Positions 30,525-41,770 are shown, counted from the stretch's first letter. The stretch: 64,000 bases of DNA from an uncultured virus (IMG/VR IMGVR_UViG_3300006467_001879) (IMGVR_UViG_3300006467_001879); one strand, 5' to 3'. Numbers and translations are program-made. The notes: generated by a model from the letters alone, not told the origin.

Positions 30525-33500
30525 ATGAAGGTAGATATTTCATTTAATACAAATAAAAACGGTGTAGAGCTTCGCTTTGATGAAAAGCCGGATGAAGCCA
30601 CAACCTCTCAATTAAAAGCCGTAGGTTTTAAATACAGCTACCGCCAAAATATGTGGTATGCTTCTAAAACCAATTCCATTGTAGATTTTGCAAACAACCT
30701 TAAAGAAGCTCTCGAATCGGGAGAAACAACCATTGCTATAAATATAAAGCCCTCTTTTTCTGCATCCGAAGAAAACATCGACCATAAGAATTTCAGCTAT
30801 GTAAGCATTGCAGCCAAAGATGATGAAGGCAAACTGTTTTGGGAAAACTACATTGTCTTTGAACCAAGTAAGAACATTGCCGAGCAATTGGTAAGTGAGT
30901 TTGGCAAAGAAACCTTTGGAGACAAACTCCACTCCATCAACATCTATCCAAGAAACTATGTCCGCAAAGCTCGTCAGCTCTTCAAGGAAGGAAATATCAT
31001 TGGTGAAAAGTCGGAACAAAAGGAAGTTCAAGCAAAGGAACCTAGTGCAAAGCCACTCGTTCAATCCGACCGATCATTAAGCAAAAAGGATAAACTAGAA
31101 ATCCTTAATGCTTTTGGGAAGTTCGCTCGCAAGCGACAAGAGGACTTTGGCAATTTAGAGGAAGAGGAAATGCCTTTGCTGTTTTCAGGTTGGTTGCGTG
31201 TGAATCATGCTGATTTAAGCGACCGAAAAAATGAGATTTGGGAAGAATACTATACCATTCAAAACATCCTGAATCCGGATCCTGAAAAACCTCAAATTCC
31301 ACCCAAGGATTATCATTTGTTTTTTAGAAGGTTCCGAGAGCAAATAAATAAGCCAATTGGAGAACCGGAAAACGAAACTACTTCTACCGAAGCGTTTGCT
31401 TCATGGCTCGATGAAAATTACCCCAATATTACTGATGCTGATAAAAAAGCCCTTATCGGTAATTACGATAACTGGCTAAAGGAAAAGTCTAAAAACTTAA
31501 AGGCATTGGAGAATTTATCCAAGCCTAAAAAGATGCAGCCATACAGTGCTATTTTCAATAAGCTGCAAAAACTCATTCCCAATCTCAATGAGCATTTGGA
31601 GACAGGTACTCCAAACGGTAAATCGGTATTGGATAGCAAAGCGTTGATGGACGTATCCTATGACTTTTTAGGTCAGGATAAAAAAGGACGTTACCTCATT
31701 GCTTTGGCTCACTATTTCAGTCAGAATGGCGATTTAGTTCCCGATCCTGATATGCAGATTCGCATTGATTTGGAACTGGAAACAGGAGAAGCCATGCACT
31801 ACCAAGACCAATTTGGTTACCGACCGGTGTATGTGTTTGAGGACGGCAAGGAACTGGTGAACCTCAAAGAGAAAAAAGAGCAAAACAAGTTCTTATCGGG
31901 ATGGCTCAGTAACCTTTTGAATCAAGGTCATAAACTGGAATTAGAAGCTGCTGAAAACAATGAAGAAGGAACTATTTCCAAACCTGAAATACCACAAGAA
32001 CAGCCTAAAGATGAAGGCATTCTTGCTCATAGTGGATTAACGCCTGATGGCATATTTCAAGCATTTGATAAAGCGTACAAACAAAAGAATTACGAAGGAG
32101 CTGCCAGGGAACTGGATGTGCTTCTTATGGATATTCGTAACGGACATCATTTAGAAAGTTTTCCTGAAGCCATACTTCAGTCGCAAATGACCGGAATGCG
32201 AACACCTATGAAAAAATTAGGTTGGGGGCATTATTACCGAATCATAGATGATGAGCAATTTAAAGAGGCTCTTTCTACCAATCTTTGGGAACTCGTTCCA
32301 CAGGAATACAAGCAGGTAAAAGCAATCAAACCACTTGACTGGAAAGCCGATCCGATGGATAAGGGCTTGCAAAAGATTGTAGCTTCTTTCGTTTCAAAAG
32401 ACGAATACCGAATCGCCATGTTGGGCGTAAATTTTGATAAAAATGGTATTGTAGCTACCAATGGATTCAAGCTCCTTTTTATTCCTGATACCAACAATGT
32501 AGCCGAAGGCTTGTACTGTATCTCTCCAAAATGTTGGGAAGCGATCAATATTGATAGCAAAGATGGAACAGGACTTTCAGAAGTGGATCAGGATCGTGTG
32601 GAGCAGTACCGCACCCAAACTCGATACCCGGATTATTCTTCGGTTATTCCTTCTTCCTTAAATCATGTGCAGCCCTTAGATGCCGAAAGTCTATTGAGCT
32701 TTTTGGAAGGTATGAAACGCTCCGGATTTTTAAAGCCGGACAATTTCCCTGTTTGCTTAAAAGTTGATAGCTATTTTGTTGGTTTTGCCGTGGACATTCT
32801 CATTGATTCCATCAAAGCACTATTGCATTTGGGTATCACCGAATTGGAACTAGGTGTTTTGGAAGCAACCAAAGGTTGTTTACTGGCTGAAAAGGGAAAA
32901 ACCAAAGATGCTAGAGGGTTAAAACATCCTTTTGTACTAATGATGCCTCTTATTGTAGATGCCGTTTATGAACGTGATTATCCCGATACTGGTGATGTGT
33001 ATTTTGACACGGCTCTCAATACGGTTATTACCAAAGGAATTGATGAACCTAAAGAGCAAGAAACAGAGCTATTAAAAGATACCGAGGAAGAGATTGAAAT
33101 TCCTTTTACCAAACAAACCGGATACAGAGGTTCTATTCGATTGAGAACTATTCCTGAAAAAGGATTTAGTTATGGCAATTCTTCGGGTAAACAATTTGGG
33201 GATTTTTCAGGCTCTACTTCTCCAAGTACACCGGTTTCAGACAAAGACATTTTCTCAACTAAAGACAAGGCTTTAAAAGCTGCATTTGATGAGCATGTAA
33301 AAACACTTGCAGCTCATATCCAAAGTAGGGATAGCATTTACAACAATGAAGAGCAAAAGCTAAAGAAACTTAGAAAAGCCCTTGATGAACTGATTGCCTT
33401 TGCCAAAACGCAAGGCATTATCATTAGTCAAATCCCTGATAAAAGTCCGATTGCCAAAGAAGGTTCCATTGATTTTATCCTTCCTGCTGCATGGAAAATG

Positions 33501-34631
33501 ACCGATGACGAATATCCTCAAAACAAAGTGTTGGTATTTGGCAATCCTTACAATCAATCGAAGTTAAGAACGATATTATTAGACCGAATTGAAGCCACTT
33601 CTATTGAATCCCAATTGGAACTGGTCAAAGACATTCGCAAGCGTTTCAAAGAACGAGCTCCTATCAAACTGGAATCTTCTTCTTTGGTTACGCAAAGTAA
33701 ATCCGGAGAGAAAAAACATAAAGCGATTATTCGCAATTACCTCGATGACTTGATTTTAGACAATGAGATTTGGAAAGTTCCAGGTGCTACTTCGGGTGTA
33801 TTGGAGTATTTGGTTCGCTACCTGCTCAATGAAAAAACACCTGCGATTAAGCCTGAATCCAAGCCCGATAAAAAGCCAAGTAATCAATATGATTTGAATC
33901 TTCAAATTGAAGAGTTTATCGTGGAGAAAGATGCCGAAGATGAATCCTATTCAGAAGAGGACAAACAATTCATTGCACAATATACCGGAAGCGGTGGCTT
34001 AATTAAGCAAGGAGCTTCGGGCAAAGGTGTATTGTATGAATACTTCACTCCGGAGGTCATTGTGCAGAAAATGTGGGGCTTGGCATACAAGTTCGGTTAT
34101 TCAGGTGGTACTGTATTAGAACCTTCTTGTGGAACAGGAAACTTTTTCAAATACGCTCCCAAAGAAGCTGAATTGGTCGGTTATGAAATCAATCCTTATT
34201 CAGTCCGCATTGCAGAAATCATTTACCCGAATGCCAGTATCTATCAGCAGCCTTTTGAAACCCTCTTTTTTGCCGGGAATACCCACTTGAAAGATGATTT
34301 TGGTGGAGCGAAGTATGAACTGGTTATTGGTAATCCACCCTACGGTGAATTTTCAGGGAAATGGGCAGGCATGGGCGAAAAGAAATGGACTGGAGCTACG
34401 GAATACGATCAGTACTTCATTACTCGTGGACTGGATTTATTGCTGCCCGGAGGTGTGTTGGTATTCATCATTCCAAGTGCCTTTCTAACTAACAATTCCA
34501 AATACAACAAGCTCAAAGAAAAAGTAGCAGCCAAAGCAGATTTGGTAGATGCTTACAGGCTTCCTGCTCGAATGTTTAAAACCACCGACATCGGTACAGA
34601 CATCATAGTATTCAAACGAAAAACACCCTAA
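30525..34631 (+). CDS. Large polyvalent protein with C-terminal N6-adenine MTase (DarB N-half-like)
   Basis: N-terminal GVELRFDEKP..LKAVGFKY module; AHYFSQNGDLVPDPDM domain; beta-clamp-like segment (SKDEYR..LGV..VATNG..YPDYSSVIP); MTase motifs QYTGSGG, EYFTP, LEPSCGTG, GNPPY. Confidence 0.8.
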   Translation: MKVDISFNTNKNGVELRFDEKPDEATTSQLKAVGFKYSYRQNMWYASKTNSIVDFANNLKEALESGETTIAINIKPSFSASEENIDHKNFSYVSIAAKDDEGKLFWENYIVFEPSKNIAEQLVSEFGKETFGDKLHSINIYPRNYVRKARQLFKEGNIIGEKSEQKEVQAKEPSAKPLVQSDRSLSKKDKLEILNAFGKFARKRQEDFGNLEEEEMPLLFSGWLRVNHADLSDRKNEIWEEYYTIQNILNPDPEKPQIPPKDYHLFFRRFREQINKPIGEPENETTSTEAFASWLDENYPNITDADKKALIGNYDNWLKEKSKNLKALENLSKPKKMQPYSAIFNKLQKLIPNLNEHLETGTPNGKSVLDSKALMDVSYDFLGQDKKGRYLIALAHYFSQNGDLVPDPDMQIRIDLELETGEAMHYQDQFGYRPVYVFEDGKELVNLKEKKEQNKFLSGWLSNLLNQGHKLELEAAENNEEGTISKPEIPQEQPKDEGILAHSGLTPDGIFQAFDKAYKQKNYEGAARELDVLLMDIRNGHHLESFPEAILQSQMTGMRTPMKKLGWGHYYRIIDDEQFKEALSTNLWELVPQEYKQVKAIKPLDWKADPMDKGLQKIVASFVSKDEYRIAMLGVNFDKNGIVATNGFKLLFIPDTNNVAEGLYCISPKCWEAINIDSKDGTGLSEVDQDRVEQYRTQTRYPDYSSVIPSSLNHVQPLDAESLLSFLEGMKRSGFLKPDNFPVCLKVDSYFVGFAVDILIDSIKALLHLGITELELGVLEATKGCLLAEKGKTKDARGLKHPFVLMMPLIVDAVYERDYPDTGDVYFDTALNTVITKGIDEPKEQETELLKDTEEEIEIPFTKQTGYRGSIRLRTIPEKGFSYGNSSGKQFGDFSGSTSPSTPVSDKDIFSTKDKALKAAFDEHVKTLAAHIQSRDSIYNNEEQKLKKLRKALDELIAFAKTQGIIISQIPDKSPIAKEGSIDFILPAAWKMTDDEYPQNKVLVFGNPYNQSKLRTILLDRIEATSIESQLELVKDIRKRFKERAPIKLESSSLVTQSKSGEKKHKAIIRNYLDDLILDNEIWKVPGATSGVLEYLVRYLLNEKTPAIKPESKPDKKPSNQYDLNLQIEEFIVEKDAEDESYSEEDKQFIAQYTGSGGLIKQGASGKGVLYEYFTPEVIVQKMWGLAYKFGYSGGTVLEPSCGTGNFFKYAPKEAELVGYEINPYSVRIAEIIYPNASIYQQPFETLFFAGNTHLKDDFGGAKYELVIGNPPYGEFSGKWAGMGEKKWTGATEYDQYFITRGLDLLLPGGVLVFIIPSAFLTNNSKYNKLKEKVAAKADLVDAYRLPARMFKTTDIGTDIIVFKRKTP

Positions 34632-34698
34632 GGGTGATTAATTAAGGAAATGCCTGAGCAAGAAAAAAGCAAAGTGAAAAACTTCAAACGACAGTGAT

Positions 34699-34920
34699 AT
34701 GAAAACAAAGTCATCTATAAACGAACTGAAAAAATTAATCCAATTGGAATTACAGGAATGCGATTCCAACAAATGGCAATACGTGTGTGAAATGCAAAGC
34801 ACCCCAAAAGGTTATGCCCGAATTGAGGAAATGATTATTCGCTATGTAGCCAAAGAAGGCATGCCCATTGGTTCTGCCATAGCACTTATTGAACAGGAAT
34901 TAGCTCATCAAAACGCATAA
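34699..34920 (+). CDS. Small hypothetical protein
   Basis: 73 aa between the MTase and helicase genes. Confidence 0.6.
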   Translation: MKTKSSINELKKLIQLELQECDSNKWQYVCEMQSTPKGYARIEEMIIRYVAKEGMPIGSAIALIEQELAHQNA

Positions 34921-34923
34921 GGC

Positions 34924-37900
34924 ATGGCACAAGGATATAAAGGCTTTGCCCAAATAGCACGAGAGGCAAACAAACGATTAGAAGAACTTAAAAAACAAAA
35001 AAGCATGGATCCACTACTAGAAGAACGAGGCTTTATTGGTCCGAACGACATTACTTCTGCTGAGTACGCATGGGAAATGCGAAAAACAGAATACCAACAA
35101 ATCAAGGCGATTGAAAAAACTGGTAGCCCAATGGTATTGAATCATGCAGATGGTAAACAGCATGAATACCTGATTACCGAAGCCATTAAAGCCGGAAAAG
35201 AAATTCCCGAAGAGGTATTGCAGGATTATCCATGGCTCAAAGCTGAAATGAAAGAACTGGAAACGGTAAAAGAAAGTGAATCCATAAGCCAAAAAGAGCA
35301 ACCCAACTTACTGATGGGTGATGCTTGGTTTGAGCAAAACCCAACTAAAATATTGGGCGAGCAATACGAAACTACCGACCGATTTGGAAAGCCAACTACA
35401 AAGGTTAAAGGCTCAATGGATGATGTAATTACAGGTATTGATGTGTCTTCGGTAGATGTTCCAGTAAAACATGTGGAAGCTCTTGAATCCAGTATCAAAG
35501 ACGATGTGGAGCATTTGGTAAAGGATAAAATGTACAAAGAAAATATTGACCGAGTTGTAGAGCAAACAAAAGAGATAAGATTACACAACTCTATTCAACC
35601 AAAAGATACTAAGTACTTGCTCAATGAAAAATTCTCCTTTGACGACATCATGCAGCAATACAACAAAGGACTTACCGATGATGAAATCAAAGCGTGGGTT
35701 TGGTACAAACGCAAAACCAATGGCTACAATGACGAAACGGTGATTTTGGCTAAGAAAAACGGTTGGTCGAAATATGTGGTTCCTTTAAACGAGGTGAGCA
35801 AACAACTGGATAAATGGCTCAAAGCCGGAGTGGTTTGCTACTACAATGGCGACTATATGCCAAGCGTACTCTACTATGCTGAAAACATCTACAAACGTCA
35901 ATCGGTATTACTGCGTGAAAAGGAAACCATCATTCAAACCTTTGGTGAAGAGCAATATAACCGTCAATGGAAAGGACTGGAAGCGGTAAAACCACCTAAA
36001 TTGACTTTAACCGATCCAAGAAAAGAAAACCGCTTGTTTATCAAGCCAACTTCTTCTTTTGGGAAGGAAATTCGTGTAGGAGCATTAACAGATGGAACCG
36101 CTTTTACAGAGTACAATTCCACCACAGGGAAATGGCAAGAAGGCACAACGGATTTATCCGATGCGTTTAAACAATGGCTCCGTAATCAACCCAAAGATGA
36201 ATTTAAGAAATCTACCGCCTGGGATATTATTTCTTACTACATAGATGGCAGAACACCGCCAAGGCATTACGATAAAGAAGAAAAGCTGCGTATTCGTCAA
36301 AATGCCAAACAGGAAGGCGATACTTTCTTTGTAGAGTTTTTGGCAAAAGGACTTACTCGTGAAGACCAGTTAAAGATTGAACAGCTTTGGAACGAGCGTT
36401 ACAACGGCTATGTAGAAATCAACTATTTCAAAATTCCAATTGCTTTTACTTGTTCTGCTACTTTCAAGAACAAACCATTATTTATCCGTCCGGCTCAACG
36501 AGAAGGTATTGGATTTATCAGTGTGCATGGCTCCGGCTGTATTGCCTATGATGTTGGCGTGGGTAAAACCATGACCGCTATTTTATCGCTTGCACAAGCC
36601 TTGGAAAGTGGACAATGTAAACGTCCATTTATTGTGGTTCCCAACCAAACCTATAAAAACTGGCTTTCGGAACTGCGAGGTGTTGTTGAAAAAGGACAAG
36701 TCACGCTTACCGGAGTATTGCCTCAATATCAGGTGATGGATCTCTACAACCTTGGACGAGATTATTTAGAGCCATTGATGGACGAAAACGGAACGGTGCA
36801 GCCTGTTCCTGAATATTCTATTTCAGTACTCACTTATGAGGGTTTTAACCGATTAGCCTTTAATGATGAAACGTGGGACACCATTGGAAATGAGCTTTTC
36901 GATATTCTTAATCAGGGAACCGAAGAAGAACGTGAAAAAGTAAAGCTCTTTGAGAAGATTGAAGAGATGATGGGGCGTGGTGTAAAAGGTGGAACGGCAA
37001 ACATAGAAGAGCTTGGTTTTGACTACATGGTTGTAGATGAAGCTCATGCCATGAAAAAGTCTTTTACTCAGGTAAAAGGCGAACAGCAAGGAAGTGGCAA
37101 ACGTGAACGAGCTCCTTATGAAATCAAATCCGGACAGCCATCCATGACGGCTTTGCGTGGCTTTATGATTAGCCAGTATATTCTTAGAAACAACAAAATG
37201 AGAAACGTACTGCTTTTAACCGCTACGCCATTTACCAATTCACCGCTAGAGATTTATTCCATGCTTGCCTTAATTGGTTATCAGCAATTGGAGAAATCAG
37301 GTGTAAAAAACATCAAGGAGTTTTTTGATACTTATATCAAAACCAGTTTGGAATTGGTAATCAATGCCAAGTTAAAACCTGAGCGAAAGGAAATCATCAT
37401 GGGCTTTGCCAACCTTATTGCTTTACAATCGCTCATTTTCAAATTCATCACCTATAAAACGGGTGAAGATGCCAATATCCAACGTCCGAACAAGATTGTG
37501 TTGCCCATGGCAAACAAGCGTGAAGGGGATCAAGTAATTGCACTTCCACCCGAAGAGCAAATCAGTACCAACTTACCGCTTACCCCAACGCAAAGAGGCT
37601 TTATGCAGGATGTGGAGTTGTATGTTACTGGTAGAACAAGCCTCACCAATTTCTGTGTAAACCCAATGGGTATGGAAGAAGAAAGTGAAGACAATTCCAA
37701 GGGCGATGCCATTGATGAAAGCAACATGTCGGCTGATGAAGAAGAAGGAGCTAGAATATTGCGTGGACTTTCTTTTGCAAGGCAATTGGCGTTAAGTCCA
37801 TACCTCTATGCTTGTAATCCGGACAAAAATCCAAGTTATGAGCAATACGTAGATTCTTCTCCCAAGCTGAAATACATCATGGAGTGCATCAAAAGCGTGA

Positions 37901-39177
37901 AGCGATTTCATGAAATGCGAGGTGAAGATGTAAGTGGACAGGTGATTTACATGAATGCCGGAGTAAGTTTCTTTCCGCTTATCCGTGAATACCTCATTAA
38001 GAAAATTGGCTTTAAGGATAGTGAAATCGGTATCATCAAAAGTGGATTGAGTGCTGCAAAAAAGGAAGGCATCAAAGAGAAGTTTTTGGCAGGAACCATC
38101 AAAGTGCTGATTGGAAGTGCTACCATCAAGGAAGGTATCAATTTACAGAATAAAGCTACTACACTTTACAATTGTTGGCTCGACTGGAACCCTACGGATG
38201 TAAAGCAGCTCGAAGGGCGTATTTGGCGATTTGGAAACCGTTATGCCAATGTGCGAATTGTAAATCCACTCATGGAAGACAGTGTGGATACCTTCATCTT
38301 TCAAAAGTTAGAAGAGAAAACAAGCCGTATCAATGAGATATGGTATAGAGCCGGAAAAACCAATGCTCTGAATTTAGAAGAGTTCAACCCTTCTGAATTG
38401 AAAATGGGATTAGTAACCGATCCAAAGGCTTTGGCTGAGTTGCTACTTATGGAAGAGCGTGAGCAAATTCAGGATGAAATCAATAGCCTGAAAAATCAGC
38501 AAAATGTACTCACCGATATTAAGTCGGCTCGTGATAATTTCAATAGCAATATTGAGCATATCAATCAGGCAGTGGAACGCTACAAGCCTCAAAAAACTAC
38601 CGATAAAGACGGTAATCCGATAAAGGCACAAGCCCGAAGCATTAAAACGATACTCAAAATCTACAAGGATTATTTGGAGGATGAAACTACCCAAACCACT
38701 TATCGAGATCAAAACATTTACGATACGGTACGAAAAGCCAATGCCACTTTAAAGCGTGGATTGGAACAAGTACTGGAACTCAAAGGCTACGACATCAATT
38801 TTGATTTTGAGCAGGTAAACAGCAGAATCAATACAGAAATTGAGGAAAAGCAACGCATTTTAGAAGAGCGAACCGGAACCGAGGCGGTAAGCCAAAAGGC
38901 AGAAGAAATCATCAAAGAACGTGAGCAAAAGGGCTATAAACCCAAGTCGGTTGCCGAGCGTGTGGAAGAATTTGCCTCTCTCAACGATAAGGTACTCACT
39001 GAACTTATGGTCTATGGCGGTGAATCGGTAAAAGCAACCGATACCAAACGAGCCAAAAAAGGTGAAGTACTGGAAAGTTCAGCAGATAAGCTCGATAAAA
39101 TCAGAAAACTACGAGGTGCTTTCAAGCAAATGCAAGAACGCCTGCAACGCATCAAAGCCCTAAAAAAGGCTGCATAA
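34924..39177 (+). CDS. SNF2-family helicase (DarB C-half-like)
   Basis: DVGVGKT, VVDEAH, LTATP, EGINLQ, WNPTD.KQLEGRIWRFGN; C-terminal coiled coil. Confidence 0.9.
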   Translation: MAQGYKGFAQIAREANKRLEELKKQKSMDPLLEERGFIGPNDITSAEYAWEMRKTEYQQIKAIEKTGSPMVLNHADGKQHEYLITEAIKAGKEIPEEVLQDYPWLKAEMKELETVKESESISQKEQPNLLMGDAWFEQNPTKILGEQYETTDRFGKPTTKVKGSMDDVITGIDVSSVDVPVKHVEALESSIKDDVEHLVKDKMYKENIDRVVEQTKEIRLHNSIQPKDTKYLLNEKFSFDDIMQQYNKGLTDDEIKAWVWYKRKTNGYNDETVILAKKNGWSKYVVPLNEVSKQLDKWLKAGVVCYYNGDYMPSVLYYAENIYKRQSVLLREKETIIQTFGEEQYNRQWKGLEAVKPPKLTLTDPRKENRLFIKPTSSFGKEIRVGALTDGTAFTEYNSTTGKWQEGTTDLSDAFKQWLRNQPKDEFKKSTAWDIISYYIDGRTPPRHYDKEEKLRIRQNAKQEGDTFFVEFLAKGLTREDQLKIEQLWNERYNGYVEINYFKIPIAFTCSATFKNKPLFIRPAQREGIGFISVHGSGCIAYDVGVGKTMTAILSLAQALESGQCKRPFIVVPNQTYKNWLSELRGVVEKGQVTLTGVLPQYQVMDLYNLGRDYLEPLMDENGTVQPVPEYSISVLTYEGFNRLAFNDETWDTIGNELFDILNQGTEEEREKVKLFEKIEEMMGRGVKGGTANIEELGFDYMVVDEAHAMKKSFTQVKGEQQGSGKRERAPYEIKSGQPSMTALRGFMISQYILRNNKMRNVLLLTATPFTNSPLEIYSMLALIGYQQLEKSGVKNIKEFFDTYIKTSLELVINAKLKPERKEIIMGFANLIALQSLIFKFITYKTGEDANIQRPNKIVLPMANKREGDQVIALPPEEQISTNLPLTPTQRGFMQDVELYVTGRTSLTNFCVNPMGMEEESEDNSKGDAIDESNMSADEEEGARILRGLSFARQLALSPYLYACNPDKNPSYEQYVDSSPKLKYIMECIKSVKRFHEMRGEDVSGQVIYMNAGVSFFPLIREYLIKKIGFKDSEIGIIKSGLSAAKKEGIKEKFLAGTIKVLIGSATIKEGINLQNKATTLYNCWLDWNPTDVKQLEGRIWRFGNRYANVRIVNPLMEDSVDTFIFQKLEEKTSRINEIWYRAGKTNALNLEEFNPSELKMGLVTDPKALAELLLMEEREQIQDEINSLKNQQNVLTDIKSARDNFNSNIEHINQAVERYKPQKTTDKDGNPIKAQARSIKTILKIYKDYLEDETTQTTYRDQNIYDTVRKANATLKRGLEQVLELKGYDINFDFEQVNSRINTEIEEKQRILEERTGTEAVSQKAEEIIKEREQKGYKPKSVAERVEEFASLNDKVLTELMVYGGESVKATDTKRAKKGEVLESSADKLDKIRKLRGAFKQMQERLQRIKALKKAA

Positions 39178-39203
39178 TTCATTAACAACTAATAATACAA
39201 GCG

Positions 39204-39815
39204 ATGATAAAAAATGATCCATACAAATTGCTCGAAAAAGAAGGTGTAGCCAAAAAGGTATTTAGCGAACGCTCCCTGGAGGCATTGAGCATTTACGATG
39301 AAACACTGGAAGGTTTAAAGGAATTTCCGGACGATAAAACCATGAAGGACATGTCAGAACAAATTGGCGAAACCGCCATTGAATTGCTCAAAGAAGATAT
39401 TGCGACCATCAAAGATGAGCTAACGGACAAGGCTGAACAGCAACAAAAAAAGCAGCTCAAAAGAGCACAATCCAAAAAGATTGTAGAGAAGTCGGAAAAG
39501 ACCATGGACTACCTCGCTGAATGCCGAAGAAAACTACGTGATGAGCGAAAGCAAAAAATGGCTTCAGGGGAAATCAAAAAGCCGGTCAAACGAAAGCTCA
39601 CGACCAAGCTAAAGGACAACATGAAAAAGATTGCCAACATGATGCCCAAGGCAATCAAAGAGGATCCTAACAAGGTGGAGCAAACCGAAAAAGCTGTGCA
39701 GAAATTCTTAGGCGACCTCAAACGCATTTGGGGCATGAACAAGATTAAGCCTATTGAAGATGAATTGCATGAGAAATTTAGTGAGTTAAAGGAAAAAGCA
39801 GAACAAACCGCATAA
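39204..39815 (+). CDS. Charged helical hypothetical protein
   Basis: 203 aa, K/E-rich. Confidence 0.7.
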   Translation: MIKNDPYKLLEKEGVAKKVFSERSLEALSIYDETLEGLKEFPDDKTMKDMSEQIGETAIELLKEDIATIKDELTDKAEQQQKKQLKRAQSKKIVEKSEKTMDYLAECRRKLRDERKQKMASGEIKKPVKRKLTTKLKDNMKKIANMMPKAIKEDPNKVEQTEKAVQKFLGDLKRIWGMNKIKPIEDELHEKFSELKEKAEQTA

Positions 39816-39820
39816 AAATA

Positions 39821-40453
39821 TTGAACATGAAAAAATATCCGCATCAGGTTTTCCTTGCCGAAAACAAGCTAAAAACAGAACAGCTCCCTAAGCAATTGCA
39901 AAAACGAATCAAAGGATTTGAAGACCTGCAAGAAGATTTGGAACATGCCCTAGACGATGACCATGATCGTTTGGCTAAAAAGCTAGACCACCTTTCCATA
40001 GAATTGGAAGAAGACCTGTACGAAGAGTTTGAAGACCAGTTGGAAAACAACGAAGAACAAGACGAACTGCAACCGGGCAGCCTGTACAGTTTTAGTGATG
40101 GATTCACTTGGAAGATTGTCTCTAAAAAAGAAGCCAAAGCCCTGTTCAATAAAAATCAGGAAGTATTCGGCTTGAATACCGATGAAGAAACCGAAGGAAC
40201 AATTGAGGAATTATCCGATTTAGAAGCCTATGAGGTTTTTGCTGTTGAGTACAAGGCTCCCAAAACAACTGGCAAGACAAATTCAGATGAAGCTATTTTG
40301 GATCAGTTGTATGCCAAAGGCAAAAGAGAAATTGCCCGAACCGATTTACAGAAAATGGGATTCAAAACGCCTTTGGAAGCCTCAAAAGTCAAGGTGGGTA
40401 AATACACTCTATACAAAGCTATGTTTTCTTATACCTACACCATTAAACGCTAG
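39821..40453 (+). CDS. Acidic hypothetical protein
   Basis: 210-aa operonic ORF. Confidence 0.7.
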   Translation: MNMKKYPHQVFLAENKLKTEQLPKQLQKRIKGFEDLQEDLEHALDDDHDRLAKKLDHLSIELEEDLYEEFEDQLENNEEQDELQPGSLYSFSDGFTWKIVSKKEAKALFNKNQEVFGLNTDEETEGTIEELSDLEAYEVFAVEYKAPKTTGKTNSDEAILDQLYAKGKREIARTDLQKMGFKTPLEASKVKVGKYTLYKAMFSYTYTIKR

Positions 40454-40456
40454 CCT

Positions 40457-40927
40457 ATGGAAGGAACAAACACTATCCATGGCAAAACCATGCGTTCGGA
40501 TTATGAGGATTTACAATACCATATCGACATGGTGGTGGGTAAAATCGGTTTGCAAAAAACAGTGGTATTGCTCCGCAGCTTTGTAGAGAAAGCCCAGTTT
40601 GAACCGGTAAAAAACAACGCTCCTTTGCTGCTTACTTTCCTGACTAATGAGGCAATTGCCTTGTTTGATTTGAAGGAAGAGGATTTTTATACCAATACCA
40701 CTACCGAGTACCGGGAAGCTCGCATGGCATGCTATCATTTGTACCACAAATACACCTCATACAGCTACGCCAAAGTTGCCCAGGTATTTGGAACCGGAAA
40801 ACGCAACATCATCTACTACAAACAAAAAGTAGATGAACGCTTGACGATTCCACACTATTACAAGCCCTTCATTCAGTTGTACGACCAACTGGAAGAGCGA
40901 AGCATTCAATTTATATCAAAACTGTAA
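40457..40927 (+). CDS. DnaA C-terminal (domain IV)-like HTH protein
   Basis: EARMACYHL..KYTSYSYAKVAQVFG...IIY resembles the DnaA-box-binding HTH. Confidence 0.6.
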   Translation: MEGTNTIHGKTMRSDYEDLQYHIDMVVGKIGLQKTVVLLRSFVEKAQFEPVKNNAPLLLTFLTNEAIALFDLKEEDFYTNTTTEYREARMACYHLYHKYTSYSYAKVAQVFGTGKRNIIYYKQKVDERLTIPHYYKPFIQLYDQLEERSIQFISKL

Positions 40928-40933
40928 ACAGCC

Positions 40934-41770
40934 ATGAAGGATATTCATTCAGAAGTAGAACAAGTATTGAATTCAGGAGCCGAAAACGTGGCTTTTGAAG
41001 AGATTCCGGACGAGAATAACAGTCCGTTGAACCAACCGGTTGTGGAAGATGAAATCGGTCATGGCAAAAAGGTAGTTACTCCTAAACAGGAAGCAGAACC
41101 GATAGAGGAAAACGAAGAACAGGAAGAATCAGATGAAAAAGAAGAAACGGAAAAAGAGCCATCCATAAACGATGACTTTGACCAAAATATCTACGATGCT
41201 CCCGAACAGGAAATTGGTTCCTATGCGGAAGGTGAAGACGGTATGGATGAACTAGACGGAGAAGATTTTGAACTCCCTACCGGACATGCCAAGCAAGCTG
41301 CGGATACTTTACTAGGTATGACCGACAATGTGCTTGCCGTTGGAAGTGGCTTTTTTGTGAAAATCAAAAAGCATAAGGACTTCTACGACTTTGAAGAGAT
41401 TGTTCAGGTTATTGATGAGCAAAATGCCAAAAACGTCAAACGCATCAAGCTCGATGAAGAAGATAAAATCCTGCTTCGCCCATTGCTTATTGCCATTCTA
41501 AAAAAGAAAGCTAAAAAGCTTACGCCCGAACAACAATTACTGGGTGCGGTACTCTCTATCCTGATGAAGAAAGCCCAAGTAGTGATGGAAATACGAGCTG
41601 AAAATGAAATCCTGCTTGATCGCATATTGGAAATCATTCGAGAAGAAAAAGCCAACGCCATGCCCGAACCGGCTTATGAACCTACCATGGAACAAGAAGA
41701 GGAAACCGAGGATGGAGAACTAGAAAACACTGTATTAGAGGTTGCAAAAGATGAAGAAGGAAACGACTAA
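40934..41770 (+). CDS. Acidic hypothetical protein
   Basis: Acidic termini and a helical core; overlaps the ATPase start. Confidence 0.65.
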   Translation: MKDIHSEVEQVLNSGAENVAFEEIPDENNSPLNQPVVEDEIGHGKKVVTPKQEAEPIEENEEQEESDEKEETEKEPSINDDFDQNIYDAPEQEIGSYAEGEDGMDELDGEDFELPTGHAKQAADTLLGMTDNVLAVGSGFFVKIKKHKDFYDFEEIVQVIDEQNAKNVKRIKLDEEDKILLRPLLIAILKKKAKKLTPEQQLLGAVLSILMKKAQVVMEIRAENEILLDRILEIIREEKANAMPEPAYEPTMEQEEETEDGELENTVLEVAKDEEGND

